Part shown: positions 50,963 through 62,857 of the stretch, one piece after another
Layout of the letters: each line of letters opens with the position of its first letter
Position numbering within the stretch: position 1 is the first letter of the stretch
Program-made: the position numbers and the translations under genes
Assembly (NCBI RefSeq): GCF_006345805.1
Contig: NC_042997.1
Coordinates: 126,542,001 to 126,606,000, forward strand
Origin: Octopus sinensis
Taxonomy: Eukaryota
Length of the DNA: 64,000 nt
Direction: 5' to 3'
The notes under the pieces: generated by a model
The model's database searches: none
What the model was told of the DNA's origin: nothing
What the model saw: the letters and a program-made list of their open reading frames with translations, nothing else

Positions 50963-53505
50963 TACTGACAAATACTGACAGAAAGTGGCGAGCTGGCAGA
51001 AATGTTAGCATACCGGGCGAAATGCTTAGTGGTATTTCATCTACCATTACATTCTGAGTTCAAATTCTGCTGAGGTTGGCTTTCCATTTCATCCTTTTGG
51101 GGTCGATAAATTAAGAACCAGTTATGCACTGGGGTCGATGTAATCGACTTAATCTCCTTGTCTGTCCTTGCTTGTCTCCTCTATGTTTAGCCCCTTGTGG
51201 GCAGTAAAGAAATAAGAAGTAATTATTGACAAATAAGGCTTTTCTCTTTTCATAATATATTTGGAGTTAAGTTTTCTCAGCCACTTACATTAAATATGTT
51301 AACTGGATTCTGTCAGTTATGACGACGAGGGTTCAAGTTGATCCGATCAATGGGATAACTAGTTCCAGAAATTAACATGGAAGTGGCTGACCATTCCACA
51401 GACACATGAACCCCTCATGTAGTTCTCAGGGAGATTCAGTATAATGCAATGTGACAAGGTTGGCCCTTTGCAATGTGACAAGGTACGGCCCATTTTTTGT
51501 CAGTTGAGTGAGCTGGAGCAATATGAAATGAAGTATCTTGCTCAAGGACACAATGTGTTGCCAGGAATTGAACCCATGACCCTATGATCATGAGCCAAAT
51601 ACCCCAACCACTAAGCCAAGCACCTTCCTTAAATATATTATTAATGCCATGTACCACATTAAATATAGTAACACCAACTTAACTGCTGTATCTTTACGCA
51701 GATGGCATCTCTGGATTCTGGAGATGTGTGTGTGTGTGTGAGTGCGTGTGTGAGTGTGCATGTGTGTGAGTGTATGTGTATGTGTGTGTGTGCATTTGTG
51801 TGAGTGCGTGTGTGTGTGAATGTGTGCGTGTGTGTATGAGTGCATGTGTGTGTGTACGTGTGTGAGTGTGTGTGTGTGAGTGTGTGTGAGTGTGTGTGCG
51901 TGTGTGTGAGAATGTGTGTGTGTGAGTGAGTGGGTGTGTGTGAGTGTGTGTGTGTGCGAGAGAGTGTGTGCGTGTGAGAGTAAGTGTGTGTGCATGTGTG
52001 TGTGTGTGAGTGCACGAGTCTGTGTGTGTTTGAGTGTATATGTATGAGTGTGTGCATGTGAGTGTGTGAGTGTGTGTGTTTGTGTGTGTGAGTGTGTGTG
52101 TGTGTGTGAGAGTGAGTGTGTAGTGTGTGTGTGTGTAGTGAATTTAAAAAGCGCTCTGTTCCAGGTTGAGAGTCTTAATAACTGGATGATGTCAGAAGAT
52201 GGCAGCTTAGGTCAGTTTAAAATTGAAGAGAGAATCTTAGTTAAATTATTGAAGAGATTTTTCTTCAGTCATCGTTATCATTACTGTCATCATTTCACTG
52301 TTGCCATTGTCATTGTTTTTATTGTCTTCATCATCATCATCATCATCATCATTGTCATTGTCGTGATCTTTCTCTTTCTCCTCCATCATCACCATCATCA
52401 GCATCATTATCATTGTTGTCGTTGTCGTCATCATCATCATCACCATCGTCTTATGCCTGTCTTCCTTGCTGATACATATTGGGCGCAGGTTGTTACAGTC
52501 TGAGTCAGGTTCTTTCCAAAATTACTGACCACCTCATTGAGTCAGAAGACCATGTCTCACTTAAACTTTCCGGTTAGCATGGCTTCAATGGCTGAACTTA
52601 CCCTTCATCATCATCGTTTAACGTCCACTTTCCATGCTAGCATGGGTTGGACGATTTGACTGAGGACTGGTAAACCAGATGGCTGCACCAGGCTCCAATC
52701 TGATATGGCAGAGTTTCTACAGCTGAATGCTCTTCCTAATGCCAACCACTCCAAGAGTGTAGTGGGTGCTTTTATGTGCCACCGGCACGAGTGCCAGTCA
52801 GGCGGTACCGGCAACAGCTGCACTCAAATGGTATTTTTACATGCTACCTGCACAGGAGCCAGTCCAGTGGCACTGACAACGACCTCGCTTGAATGTTTTT
52901 TCATGTGCCAGTAAGGTGACGATGGTATCGATCATGCTTGAATGGTGCTTTTTATGCCCTTCCTAACACCAAACGTTTTTCAAAGTGTACTGGGTACATT
53001 TTATCATGTTATCAGTACTAGAGAGATTGTCTGGCATGTCTTTGATAAAACTGGTCTCAAATTTTGGTGCAAGGCCAGCAACTTTCGGTGAGAGGGGTTA
53101 AATCAATTACATCAACCCAAGTGTTCAACTGGTACTTATTTTATCGATGCTGAAAGCACGGAAAGCAAAGTCAATCTCAGTAGCATTTGAACTCAGAACA
53201 TAAAGACAGATGAAATGAACACCAAACATTTTGCCCAGCATGCTAATGGTTCTGCCAGTTTACTACTTTTGTCTTTGACAAAATTAAAATGTCTTCTCAA
53301 TCATGTATCTTCTCTGTTTGTGTGCCTACCACTTTATAAAGTGTACCGAATGTATTTTATTATGGTGCAAACACTAGGGAGGTTACTTTGTCTCCTACAA
53401 GACCAGGAAGTCCTTGACATAGCTAGGACCATATAAAAAAAGACTGATGCTTCTCTTCAGTTCTGGAAAATTCTTCACACCTCAACAATTATTAATACTC
53501 TATGA

Positions 53506-54464
53506 CAGTAGTGGGCAAACTTTTCAGAATGAAGGCCATATCAGTGGGCCATGAAAGTCATAGGGCTGCACCTTTTAAAATCAGGCAGTAAGCTTTAAAA
53601 TGATGCAACATATAGAGAGCATGGTTAATAAAAACAAATTCATAATTTAGCACAAGTAATTTAACCCTTTCGTTACTCATCTACTGCTAACGAATAACAT
53701 GCAAATTCATTACTTGCATCCCTCAGCTGTTGAGTCATGCATCACACGACAGTCCTCGTCAATAATGAAATGTTTTTGAATTTACCTTTCATTTCCGGGC
53801 ATACAACACTTGCACAATCCATCATGCATTGTTTTATTAAATCGCCATCTGAGAATGGTTTGTCATGCCTTGAAACTCAGTATGCCACCATAAAACTTGC
53901 CTCCAACGCAATATCGTAAATTGATGATCGCTTCATAAATAGAGTTTGTTGCTTGTTCAATTTTGCAACATATTCCACAGCCTTTTCCTTCTGTTCTTCA
54001 TCGGTCATGTTTCATCCAAAATCTCCGTGTTTCATTAGTGTTATTTCAAATTGCATTCCTTTAACATGGCAATCATCTCCTGGCACAGTAAACACACCAC
54101 TTTATTCTTAGAACTGGCGAAGAAATACTTGTGTATCCATTCTTCATTAAATGCATGGCACTCATCCTCAGTTTTACGTTTTTTAGGAGGCATTGGTTGT
54201 TGGGTTGGAGAGATTGTGTTGTTGTGCAGGCGACTATCAACAATAACTGCACATGTGCAATATATATATGCATTCGCAGAAAGTATGTAACCATCAGAAA
54301 ATGGGGCATAGATTTCTATGATGCTGAAAAAGTTAGCATCGGTTCAAGCAAAGACATGTTGACTTTCACAAAAATTTATTGATTTTATTTTTCCTAATTT
54401 GCTGCAGGCTTCTGTAGTTCACACAGAACCCTATAAAGGGCTGCATGCAGTTTGCCTATCCCTG
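53506..54464 (-). mobile_element. hAT (Charlie/SPIN-like) internally deleted element with transposase N-terminus
   Basis: TIRs CAGTAGTGGGCAAAC / GTTTGCCTATCCCTG; 8-bp TSD CTCTATGA / CACTATGA; - strand MPPKKRKTEDECHAFNEEWIHKYFF...VVCLLCQE...KECNL...HDKPFSDGDLIKQCM with stops. Confidence 0.9.
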
Positions 54465-56643
54465 CACTATGAAGAGCAAGTGAGGACCCATAATGAGAGT
54501 ACAGCTGCTGCATACATAAGACTGCATTCATTGGCTGCATTCAGAAAAAGGCTACTCATTTTGTTTGTATAAAGTCACTTACTGGCATGCTTCACCCTCT
54601 GGCTTACATACATGCTGCTTCCTCTCTCTGCTTTTTCTCCTATGGTTGGTCAGAGGATATAGAAGAGGACACTTGCCCAAGGTGCCATAGAGTAGAAGTC
54701 AGCAAATCATGATAGGGGAATGGTAATGAGAGAAAACAAGGGAGAATGAAGGGTTGAAGATTAACTATAATTGAGTGATAGTTGAGAGAAGGAGTGATTG
54801 ATGATGGTAGGAGAGAAAGTCCATCCCCTCCTTACCGTGGTGGGGATGCTGGCAACGGGTAGTGTCAGAGCTATGATGTCGGAAACTTCAGTTCCTGGTA
54901 GGGCCACCCAAGGCGGATTGGTCCGACACCGAGTGGTATTAGGGCCACAACCTCGGAGTGTCTGCTTCGGCAACCGGCGGCTCCTCGGTCGTTCTGTCCC
55001 TGTGTCTGCAGACAATCTGCAGCAAACAGGATGTCTCTACATGTGGGATTGTTGGGGACCGCTTGTGAAATTCATATTCCCACGAAACTTCTTCCACTGC
55101 CATGGTTTGAGATGCCTCGAGGGTGGTGGAAGAAGCTGACTCAACCCACGCAGGGTGAATGTCTCCACAAGTACTAGTAAGTAGGAGAGAAAGTGGTGAG
55201 TTTGATGATGGGTGGTATAATGGGGGAGAGAGAGAGAGACAGACAGACAGAGGGATGAAGAGAGAGGGTGCACTGGCTCGTCAACTTTGATATATTAAAA
55301 TAACATGGGATATATTTTAAGCTAAGTCTGCACTTGGAATGGAAGTAAAATGGTTAAATATAAATGGACTGACTTGTATTAGTTCTGAATTGAAATGACA
55401 ACAACTCCTCTCAGACATTTATAGATATTTACGATAGAATTATTTTGATAAAATAATTATGATATTTTTATCTAAATTAAGAAAAAAGATTGAAGACATT
55501 CAGACTTTGACTCACTTCCATAGAATGGTATCTGTTCTATCATGCAAATAGACAACTATTCTATTATTAATGAGATCTGCAGACATGAAGTTTTTTTTTT
55601 ACATATATATATACACATATATATATATGTATGTATATTTATGAAAAAATAACAACAAGCAAAAAAATTTGCAAGACATTGTCTACACAATGTCAATTCC
55701 TTCACTGATTGGTTCAATAGTTATTGTTAACTTATTAATAAGTAATATATCTGAACAAAACAATATCAGAGACATCAACGTCTTGCTGGTTTTCGTGGAG
55801 ATTATTCAATTTCTTAGTATTGATTTACCAGAAGATCTGAGCATTAGTCATCAATGTTGTTTGAGGAGTTAATACTGTTAACATGAATGAATGCTACCCC
55901 CATTTTTTTGTTAATATTTACATACTGCTGCGTCTATATTATCATTATATATTGTTTTTAAAGTGCTGTGGTGGGCAGAATTAGTGAGACAATGAATGGA
56001 ATGCTGTCTGGTAATTAGTTATGATCGTTTATGTTCTGAGTTCAGATTATGTTTTGGTCAACCATACCATTAGTCTGCTGGTGTGGCTGGATATTTATTC
56101 AAGACCAGCATAACTAAGAGGGTAAATAGAATATGGGTGTGGATGTGAACTATTGAATGAATAGTTGGAGGAGAAGAAGTAATGGAGGAGAGATAATGAT
56201 TGGCAGTAACATATTGCAGGAGGGATACAGAGGGAGAGATTAAAAGAGAAGTAAAGGAAGTGTGGGAAGTGAATGATATGTCAGCAATGAGTAGTCTATG
56301 TCACTACAGTCTAGGGGTGAGAATGAATTAAATAGATACCAATTGAATTAAATTCTTCTTCCCGTCCTCTTCAAAAAAAAGTGTTGTAGACAAAGCTGCA
56401 GTCCTTGTTTTTGTGACTAATTCATATGAAAACAAAAGTATTATAATTGATTTAATCATCCGTACCTCACTACTCAAACTTCTCACCCCATAAGTTCAGG
56501 CATGGTGGTGTAGTAAGAAGCTTGCTTCCTAACCACAAGATTTCAGGTTCATCCCACTATGTAGCTCCTAGGGCAAGTGTCTTCTATATCTCCAGGCAGA
56601 CCAAAGATTTGGAAGATAGAAGCTGAAAGAAGCCCAACACACT

Positions 56644-56806
56644 AGACGCAGGAGTGGCTATGTGGTAAGTAGCTTGCTTACGAACCACATAGTTCTGGGT
56701 TCAGTCCCACTGTGTGGCACCTTGGGCAAGTGTCTTCTACTATAGCCTTGGGCCGACCAAAGCTTTGTGAGTGGATTTGGTAGACGGAAACTGAAAGAGG
56801 CCCATC

Positions 56807-56842
<36 letters not shown>

Positions 56843-57048
56843 ATATGTTTGTCCCCCCAACATCTCTTGACAACCGATGCTGGTTTGTTTACATCCTTGT
56901 AACTTAGTGGTTCGGCAAAAGACACTGATAGAATAAGTACTAGGCTTACAAAGAATAATTCCTGGGGTTGAGTTGCTTGACTAAAGGCGGTGCCTCAGCA
57001 TGGTCACAGTCAAATGACTGAAACAAGTAAAAGAGTAACAGAGTAAGA
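56644..57048 (+). mobile_element. SINE family A
   Basis: Consensus match. Confidence 0.85.
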
Positions 57049-57674
57049 GTACACACACACATGCGCGTGCACACGCACACTCACATATATGTGTGCGCAC
57101 AGTCGCATGAGCGTGTCTCTGTGTGTGTTTGTTACAGTCCCTTTGTCTGTTGTAAATGAGTGTCACCACCATGCAAGCAGCGTCTTTATTTCCAGTCTTC
57201 TGTGAAAGCATGTCTGGCCATCGAGGAATGTTATCTTACTTGAAAAAAAGATGTAGGCGGTGACAGAGAGGGTATTTGCCTGTAGAAAATCCTCCTCGAC
57301 AAATGCTGTCTGACCTATGTGAACAGGGAAAAATGGATATTAAAATAACAATGATAATAGTGACTACCATATGATAAATCTTTAAAATGTTTAGATAAAG
57401 GTTAGTAGCATATAGGTTAAAATGTTATGTGCCATTGTATTTTCCTTCTGAATCCTGTTGTTTCATTTGTTCTTGTATCAGTAAAATAAAAACTGGTCTT
57501 GTATTGGTTGTGGCCTTTCAAGTTGTAACCTTGTTATGTAACCATTAGTAATAAGCAATAGCAAAAAATGGTACAAATGGAATATGGGGAATAAGAGACA
57601 GAGAGTTGGACAACGTGAGAAGTTACAATAGGCAGACAAAACTTCAAAAGGAAGTGGACAAAATGCAAATGCGC

Positions 57675-57714
<40 letters not shown>

Positions 57715-57907
57715 ATACAGATATCTAACAATAAAATTTGTGGACAGTGAATTGTATGACGAAGAGACGAAAAGGAAAAGAAGGGGATTGATGCTTTTGG
57801 GTGAATCCTTTATCAGAGTGGAGTGATAAGCAAAATAAAAGAAATGGAAAAATGATATCTATATGTGTGTCTTTCTGTTTGTGTCTATCCTTCTGGTACA
57901 TGCTGTA

Positions 57908-58375
57908 GAATGGTAGTAATCAAAGGCAGCAAGCTTATAGAAACATTTGCATGCAGGGCAAAATGTTTAGTGATATTTCGTCTTTGTTCTGAGTTCAAAT
58001 TCCGCTGAGGTTGATTTTACCTTTCATCCTTTCAGGGTTGATAAATTAAATACCAGATAAATTAAATACTGGGGTTGATCTAATCGACTGGCCCCCTCCT
58101 CCAATATGTCAGGCCTTGTGCCTGGTGTAGAAAAGAATGGTAGTAATCAAGGCAGCAAGCTTATAGAAACATTTGCATGCAGGGCAAAATGTTTAGTGAT
58201 ATTCGTCTTTGTTCTGAGTTCAAATTCCGCTGAGGTTGATTTTACCTTTCATCCTTTCAGGGTTGATAAATTAAATACCAGATAAATTAAATACTGGGGT
58301 TGATCTAATCGACTGGCCCCCTCCTCCAATATGTCAGGCCTTGTGCCTGGTGTAGAAAAGAATGGTAGTAATCAA
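57908..58375 (+). repeat. Tandemly duplicated SINE-B: TSD-SINE-TSD-SINE-TSD
   Basis: GAATGGTAGTAATCAA at 57908, 58135 and 58360; both SINE copies share private variants. Confidence 0.92.
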
Positions 58376-58899
58376 TATCATGTTATGTCCCTTTAAATCT
58401 TGTTTATAAGTTTCACTAGGTTTGGCCTTGGTTTTTATCATTCCTGTGATATAGAGAGGTCAGTGCCATATAAAAAGCACTGGTAATGGTGCCATGTAAA
58501 ACGTACCCAGTACATGCCAAAAAGCGGTTGGTGTTGGGAAGGGTATCCAGCTGTAGAAACCAAGTCAAAATGGGCAGTGGAATAGAGTGTGGCCTGTGGC
58601 CTTGCAAGCTCCTATCAAACCATCCAACCCATGCCAGCATGGAAAATGGACATTTAATTATGATGATGATGACAATAATGATAATGACTAATGTGCAGTT
58701 TTGTGCCATTCTGCTATATTAGAATGAAGAGGTAGCAGTAGAACTAGTTCTTTGGATTAAACACTTCATGATATTTATTTACAATCTCAAGTTCAGATCT
58801 AAGTTCAAATCACACCAAGGTTGACATTGCATTACATTTCTTTGTGGGCTGATTATATAAGTATCTGTCATTTTCTGGGGGATCTGTTTACTCAGCCTT

Positions 58900-59322
58900 T
58901 ATTTTTAATTTATTTTCAGTCATTAGACTGAGGCCATGCTGGGGCACCGCCTTGGAGAATTTTTAGTTGAATGAATTAATCCCAGTATTTAATTTTTAAA
59001 CCTGGAACTTATTCGTTTGCTGAACTGCCAAGTTATAGGGACATAAACACACCAACACCGGTTGTCAAGCAGTGGTGGGGAACAAACAGAGACAGAAAAA
59101 ACGCACACATAGATATTCTTTTACTTATTTCAGTCATTTGACTGTGGCCATTCTGGATAACCACCTTTAGTCAAACAAATCGACCACAGGACTTATTCTT
59201 TGTAAGCCTAGTACTTATTCTATTCATCGCTTTTGCTGAACTGCAAAGTTATGGGGACATAAACACACCAACATTGGTTGTCAAGAGATGGTGGTGGTGG
59301 TGGTGGGGAAAACACAGACACT

Positions 59323-59393
<71 letters not shown>

Positions 59394-59735
59394 GCGACAG
59401 GCTTCTTTCAGTTTCTGTCTACCAAATCCACTCACAAGGCTTTGGTTTGCCCGAGGCTATAGTAGAAGACATTTGTCCAAAGTGCCATGCAATGGGACTG
59501 AACCCAGAACCATGTGGTTGGTAAGCAAGCTACTTACCACACAGCCACACCTGCGCCTATATAAATATATATATGGTAGGTTTCTTTCAGTTTCTGTTAA
59601 AGAGATCCACTTTCAAGGCTTTGGTCGGCTTGAGGCTATAGAAGAAAACACTTACCCAAGGTACCATGCAGTGGGACTGAACCTTGAACTATGTGGCTGG
59701 GAAGTTAGCTACTTACCACATAGCTATGCCTGCAC
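58900..59735 (-). mobile_element. Cluster of three SINE-A copies or fragments (fullest 59118-59560)
   Basis: Consensus matches in the same orientation. Confidence 0.75.
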
Positions 59736-61089
59736 ACTATTTTAATAATTTAATCATCATTCTTATCAGCATTTAACGTCTGCTGTCCATGCTGGCATGG
59801 GTTGGATGGTTTGACTAAGGTGGCATGTGTGTGTGGAGGGGCTGCATGGGACACCAGTCTGATTTGGCATAGTTTCTATGGCTAGATGCCCTTCCTAATG
59901 CCAACCACTCTGAGAGAATAATGGGTGCTTTTACATACCACCAGCATTGGTGCCATTTGCATGACACCAGTATCTGCCACATCTATGATTTCACAAAATT
60001 GACCAAGGACAGAATGGTTGATGACAGAATTTTTTAGAGTGAAGGAGAAAATGCTTTCTGATATTTAGGAATGTTGGGGTGGTGATCCGGCAGAATAGTT
60101 GGCATGCCTAGCAAAATGCTTAGTGGCATTTCATCTGTCTTTATGTTCTGAGTTCAAATTCCACTGCAGTTGACTTTGCGTTTCATCCTCAGGGGTTGAT
60201 AAAATAAGTACCAGTTAAGTATTGGGGTTGATGTAATCAACTTCCCCTTCCGCTCAGAAATGACTGGCTTTGTGTCAAAACTTGAAACCATAACTGCTAC
60301 CACTTATTTTATCAACCTTGAAAGAAATAAATTTTCAGGGTTGTTAAAAATAGTACCAGCTATTTAAAAATTGGTAAAAATAGGGTTGATGTGATCGACT
60401 TATTGCCTCCTACAAAACTATTGGCCTTGTGTCAAAATTTGAAACCAATATTCAGGAATATCCTTTTATGTTCTGCATTCATGGAAGCAGTGACAAGTGA
60501 CCAAGACCATTGGTTATATACTGTGCTTGAAAGGCAGTGAGCTGGTAGAAACGTTAGCATGCCGGGCGAAATGCTCAGCAGTATTTTGTCTGTTTTTACA
60601 TTCTGAGTTCAAATTCCGCTCAGGTTGACTTTGACTTTTATCCTTTCGGGCTTGATAAATTAAGTACCAGTTGTAATACTAGGGTTGAGCTAATTGACTG
60701 GACCCTCCCCCAAAATTTCAGGCCTTGTGCATTGAGTAGAAAAGGATATACTGGGCTTGAGAAGATCTGTCTCAACTGATGTGTAACTGTCCTGTGTAAC
60801 TGGCACCCATGCTGGTGGCATGTAAAAAGCACCCACTACACTCTGTAAAGTGGTTGGCATTAGGAAGGGCATCCAGCTGTAGAAACCATGCCAAATCAGA
60901 CTGGAACCTGGTGCAGCTCCTCAGCTAACTAGTTTTCAGCTAAGCCGTCCAGCCTATGCCAGCATGGAAAACGGACATTAAATGATGATAATGATGATGA
61001 TGATTCAAATCCTACAGATGCCAACTTCACGTTTTGAAAATTTGAGGGATGATATAATAAGTAGTAGTTAAGTATTGGAGTTATTTACA

Positions 61090-61225
61090 TTATTTACATT
61101 TGACAGATCTTGTTTGTTGTTAACACAAAGTTTCAGCTGATATACCCTCCAGCCTTCTTCAGGTGTCTTAGGGGAAATTTCGAACCTGGGTTCTCATTCC
61201 TAAGGTATTTTTCGATATTATTATT

Positions 61226-61285
<60 letters not shown>

Positions 61286-61345
61286 GTTCAGGTGACTGCT
61301 TGGAATTGAACTCGGAATCTTGGGGTTAGTAGCTAGTCCAATTCC
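61090..61345 (-). mobile_element. SINE/retrozyme-like element: tRNA-like B-box head, (AAT)n, body, hammerhead-like motif
   Basis: - strand reads GAGTTCAATTCC, (AAT)n, ATCGAAAAATACCTTAGGAATGAGAACCCAGGTTCG, then GACAC-CTGAAGA-AGGCTG-loop-CAGCT-GAAAC-TTT-GTGTT. Confidence 0.6.
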
Positions 61346-61349
61346 AAAT

Positions 61350-61359
61350 GATAATAATA

Positions 61360-61417
<58 letters not shown>

Positions 61418-61598
61418 CAACAACAACATCGAAAAATACCTTAGGAATGAGAACCCAGGTTCGAACTTTCCCCAAGACACCTGATGAAGGCTGGAGGGTA
61501 TATCAGCTGAAACGTGTTAACAACAAACAAGATGAGAACAAATATCCGTCAAATGTAAATAAAGTAAATAATTCCTCATCTCTTAAATATAGAACTGA
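61350..61598 (+). mobile_element. Second copy of the same element (headless), head-to-head with the first
   Basis: (ATA)n then the same body; GACAC-CTGATGA-AGGCTG-loop-CAGCT-GAAAC-GTGTT at 61476-61518. Confidence 0.65.
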
Positions 61599-61992
61599 AG
61601 TATTGGAGTTGCTTTGATCAATTGTGACTTCCTCTACAAAATTTCTAGCTTATTTTAGAAATTATTATTTTACTTATTCTACAGAATTTTGGTTTTTCAA
61701 TTTTATTAAGATTCATGTTCCAACAAAAAATCTTATTCCATCTATTTAGTTTATACTTTTTTTTTTCCCCTGGAATTCCAACTTGGGACCATGCAGAGGA
61801 GGCAGACAACTAAAATTCCTATAGAAAGCCTATGATGCATATCTTTTTAAAATAGAGAGATATGTAAACAAAATTTGTCATGAAGAAATAAAAGAAAACA
61901 AAAAAAAAAACAAAAAAAAACAAGCAAACTAAACAAGATTTGTTGAAGAACAATGAGTAATAAATTGGTATTGATTTATGCATCAGTGAGAA

Positions 61993-62037
<45 letters not shown>

Positions 62038-62164
62038 ATATATATATATGTATATGTTATATATATATATATAAAATTTAGATTCTGATGAATATGGTAA
62101 CTAAGTTGAGGCACCAGAATTTAGTACGGTATTATGCATACAATTTCAAAATAAGGTGATTAAG

Positions 62165-62420
62165 ATCAAAATAAGTAGCAAGGATATCCAGAGGTAATGC
62201 AATACAATCGTTTCATGCAACTCCATTTCATTGAACAATGCAATCATTTCATTACGTCAATTTAAAGTGTAGAGCATTAAATTCTATGTCTTTGTGCAGC
62301 TGAAGATTGCTCTAATTTTTAAATTGATGTAATGAAATGATTGCATTGTTCAATTAAATGGAGTTGCATGAAACGATTGTACTGTTTTACCTCTGGATAT
62401 CCTTGTTGCTTATTTTGATT
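62165..62420. repeat. Long inverted repeat (~110-bp arms, ~30-nt spacer)
   Basis: AAAATAAGTAGCAAGGATATCCAGAGGTAA...TAGAGCA is mirrored by TGCTCTA...TTACCTCTGGATATCCTTGTTGCTTATTTT. Confidence 0.9.
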
Positions 62421-62706
62421 TTATATATATATAATAAGAGATATATATATGTGTGTAGAAGGTTAAAAAGAAACACACAGGTTGATATATATATATATGG
62501 AAAAAAAGTCAAGGTAGAAAATGCTAAAATAATTTCATAAAAAACATTTCAATACTGGTTTCAGTCATTGAGGCTTTTTCAACTGTAAGTATGGAAAACA
62601 ACTAAATTTTGGAAAAATTAAATGAAAACTTTTTAAAGAGAATATTTGCATAGTGTTCAAATACAAAGGGCATTTTCCTTGTTTCTGCCTGTCTCTGTCT
62701 CTCTTG

Positions 62707-62771
62707 TTTTCTCTTGTGGGTTCAAGGTCATTGTGAATTCTCCCACACTATTATTATTATTATTATTATTA

Positions 62772-62815
<44 letters not shown>

Positions 62816-62857
62816 TCTGCCAAGAATTCACAATGGCCTCGAACCCACAAGAGTAAA
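62707..62857. repeat. 35-bp inverted repeats flanking an (ATT)n tract
   Basis: TTTTCTCTTGTGGGTTCAAGGTCATTGTGAATTCT versus AGAATTCACAATGGCCTCGAACCCACAAGAGTAAA, with 3 mismatches. Confidence 0.85.

Noticed and set aside
47002-52216. Chain of small exon candidates (47002-47051, 47811-47878, 47958-47986, 52171-52216) that happen to join in phase
   Set aside because: The peptide (IHETL...LRLSESEF...VELALISKQ-VESLNNW) shows no convincing MUN motif, part overlaps what looks like a repeat remnant, and the required intervening MHD1 exon is missing. It needs RNA-seq.
30100-62050. Recurrent single-base hiccups (TT or AA) inside long (TA)n tracts as a coded pattern
   Set aside because: They are more simply explained by slippage mutation or long-read consensus error.
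62074-62125. Hammerhead motif starting CTGATGA
   Set aside because: It is followed by GAAT rather than GAAA and has no NUH or stem III; ATTCTG simply pairs with CAGAAT.
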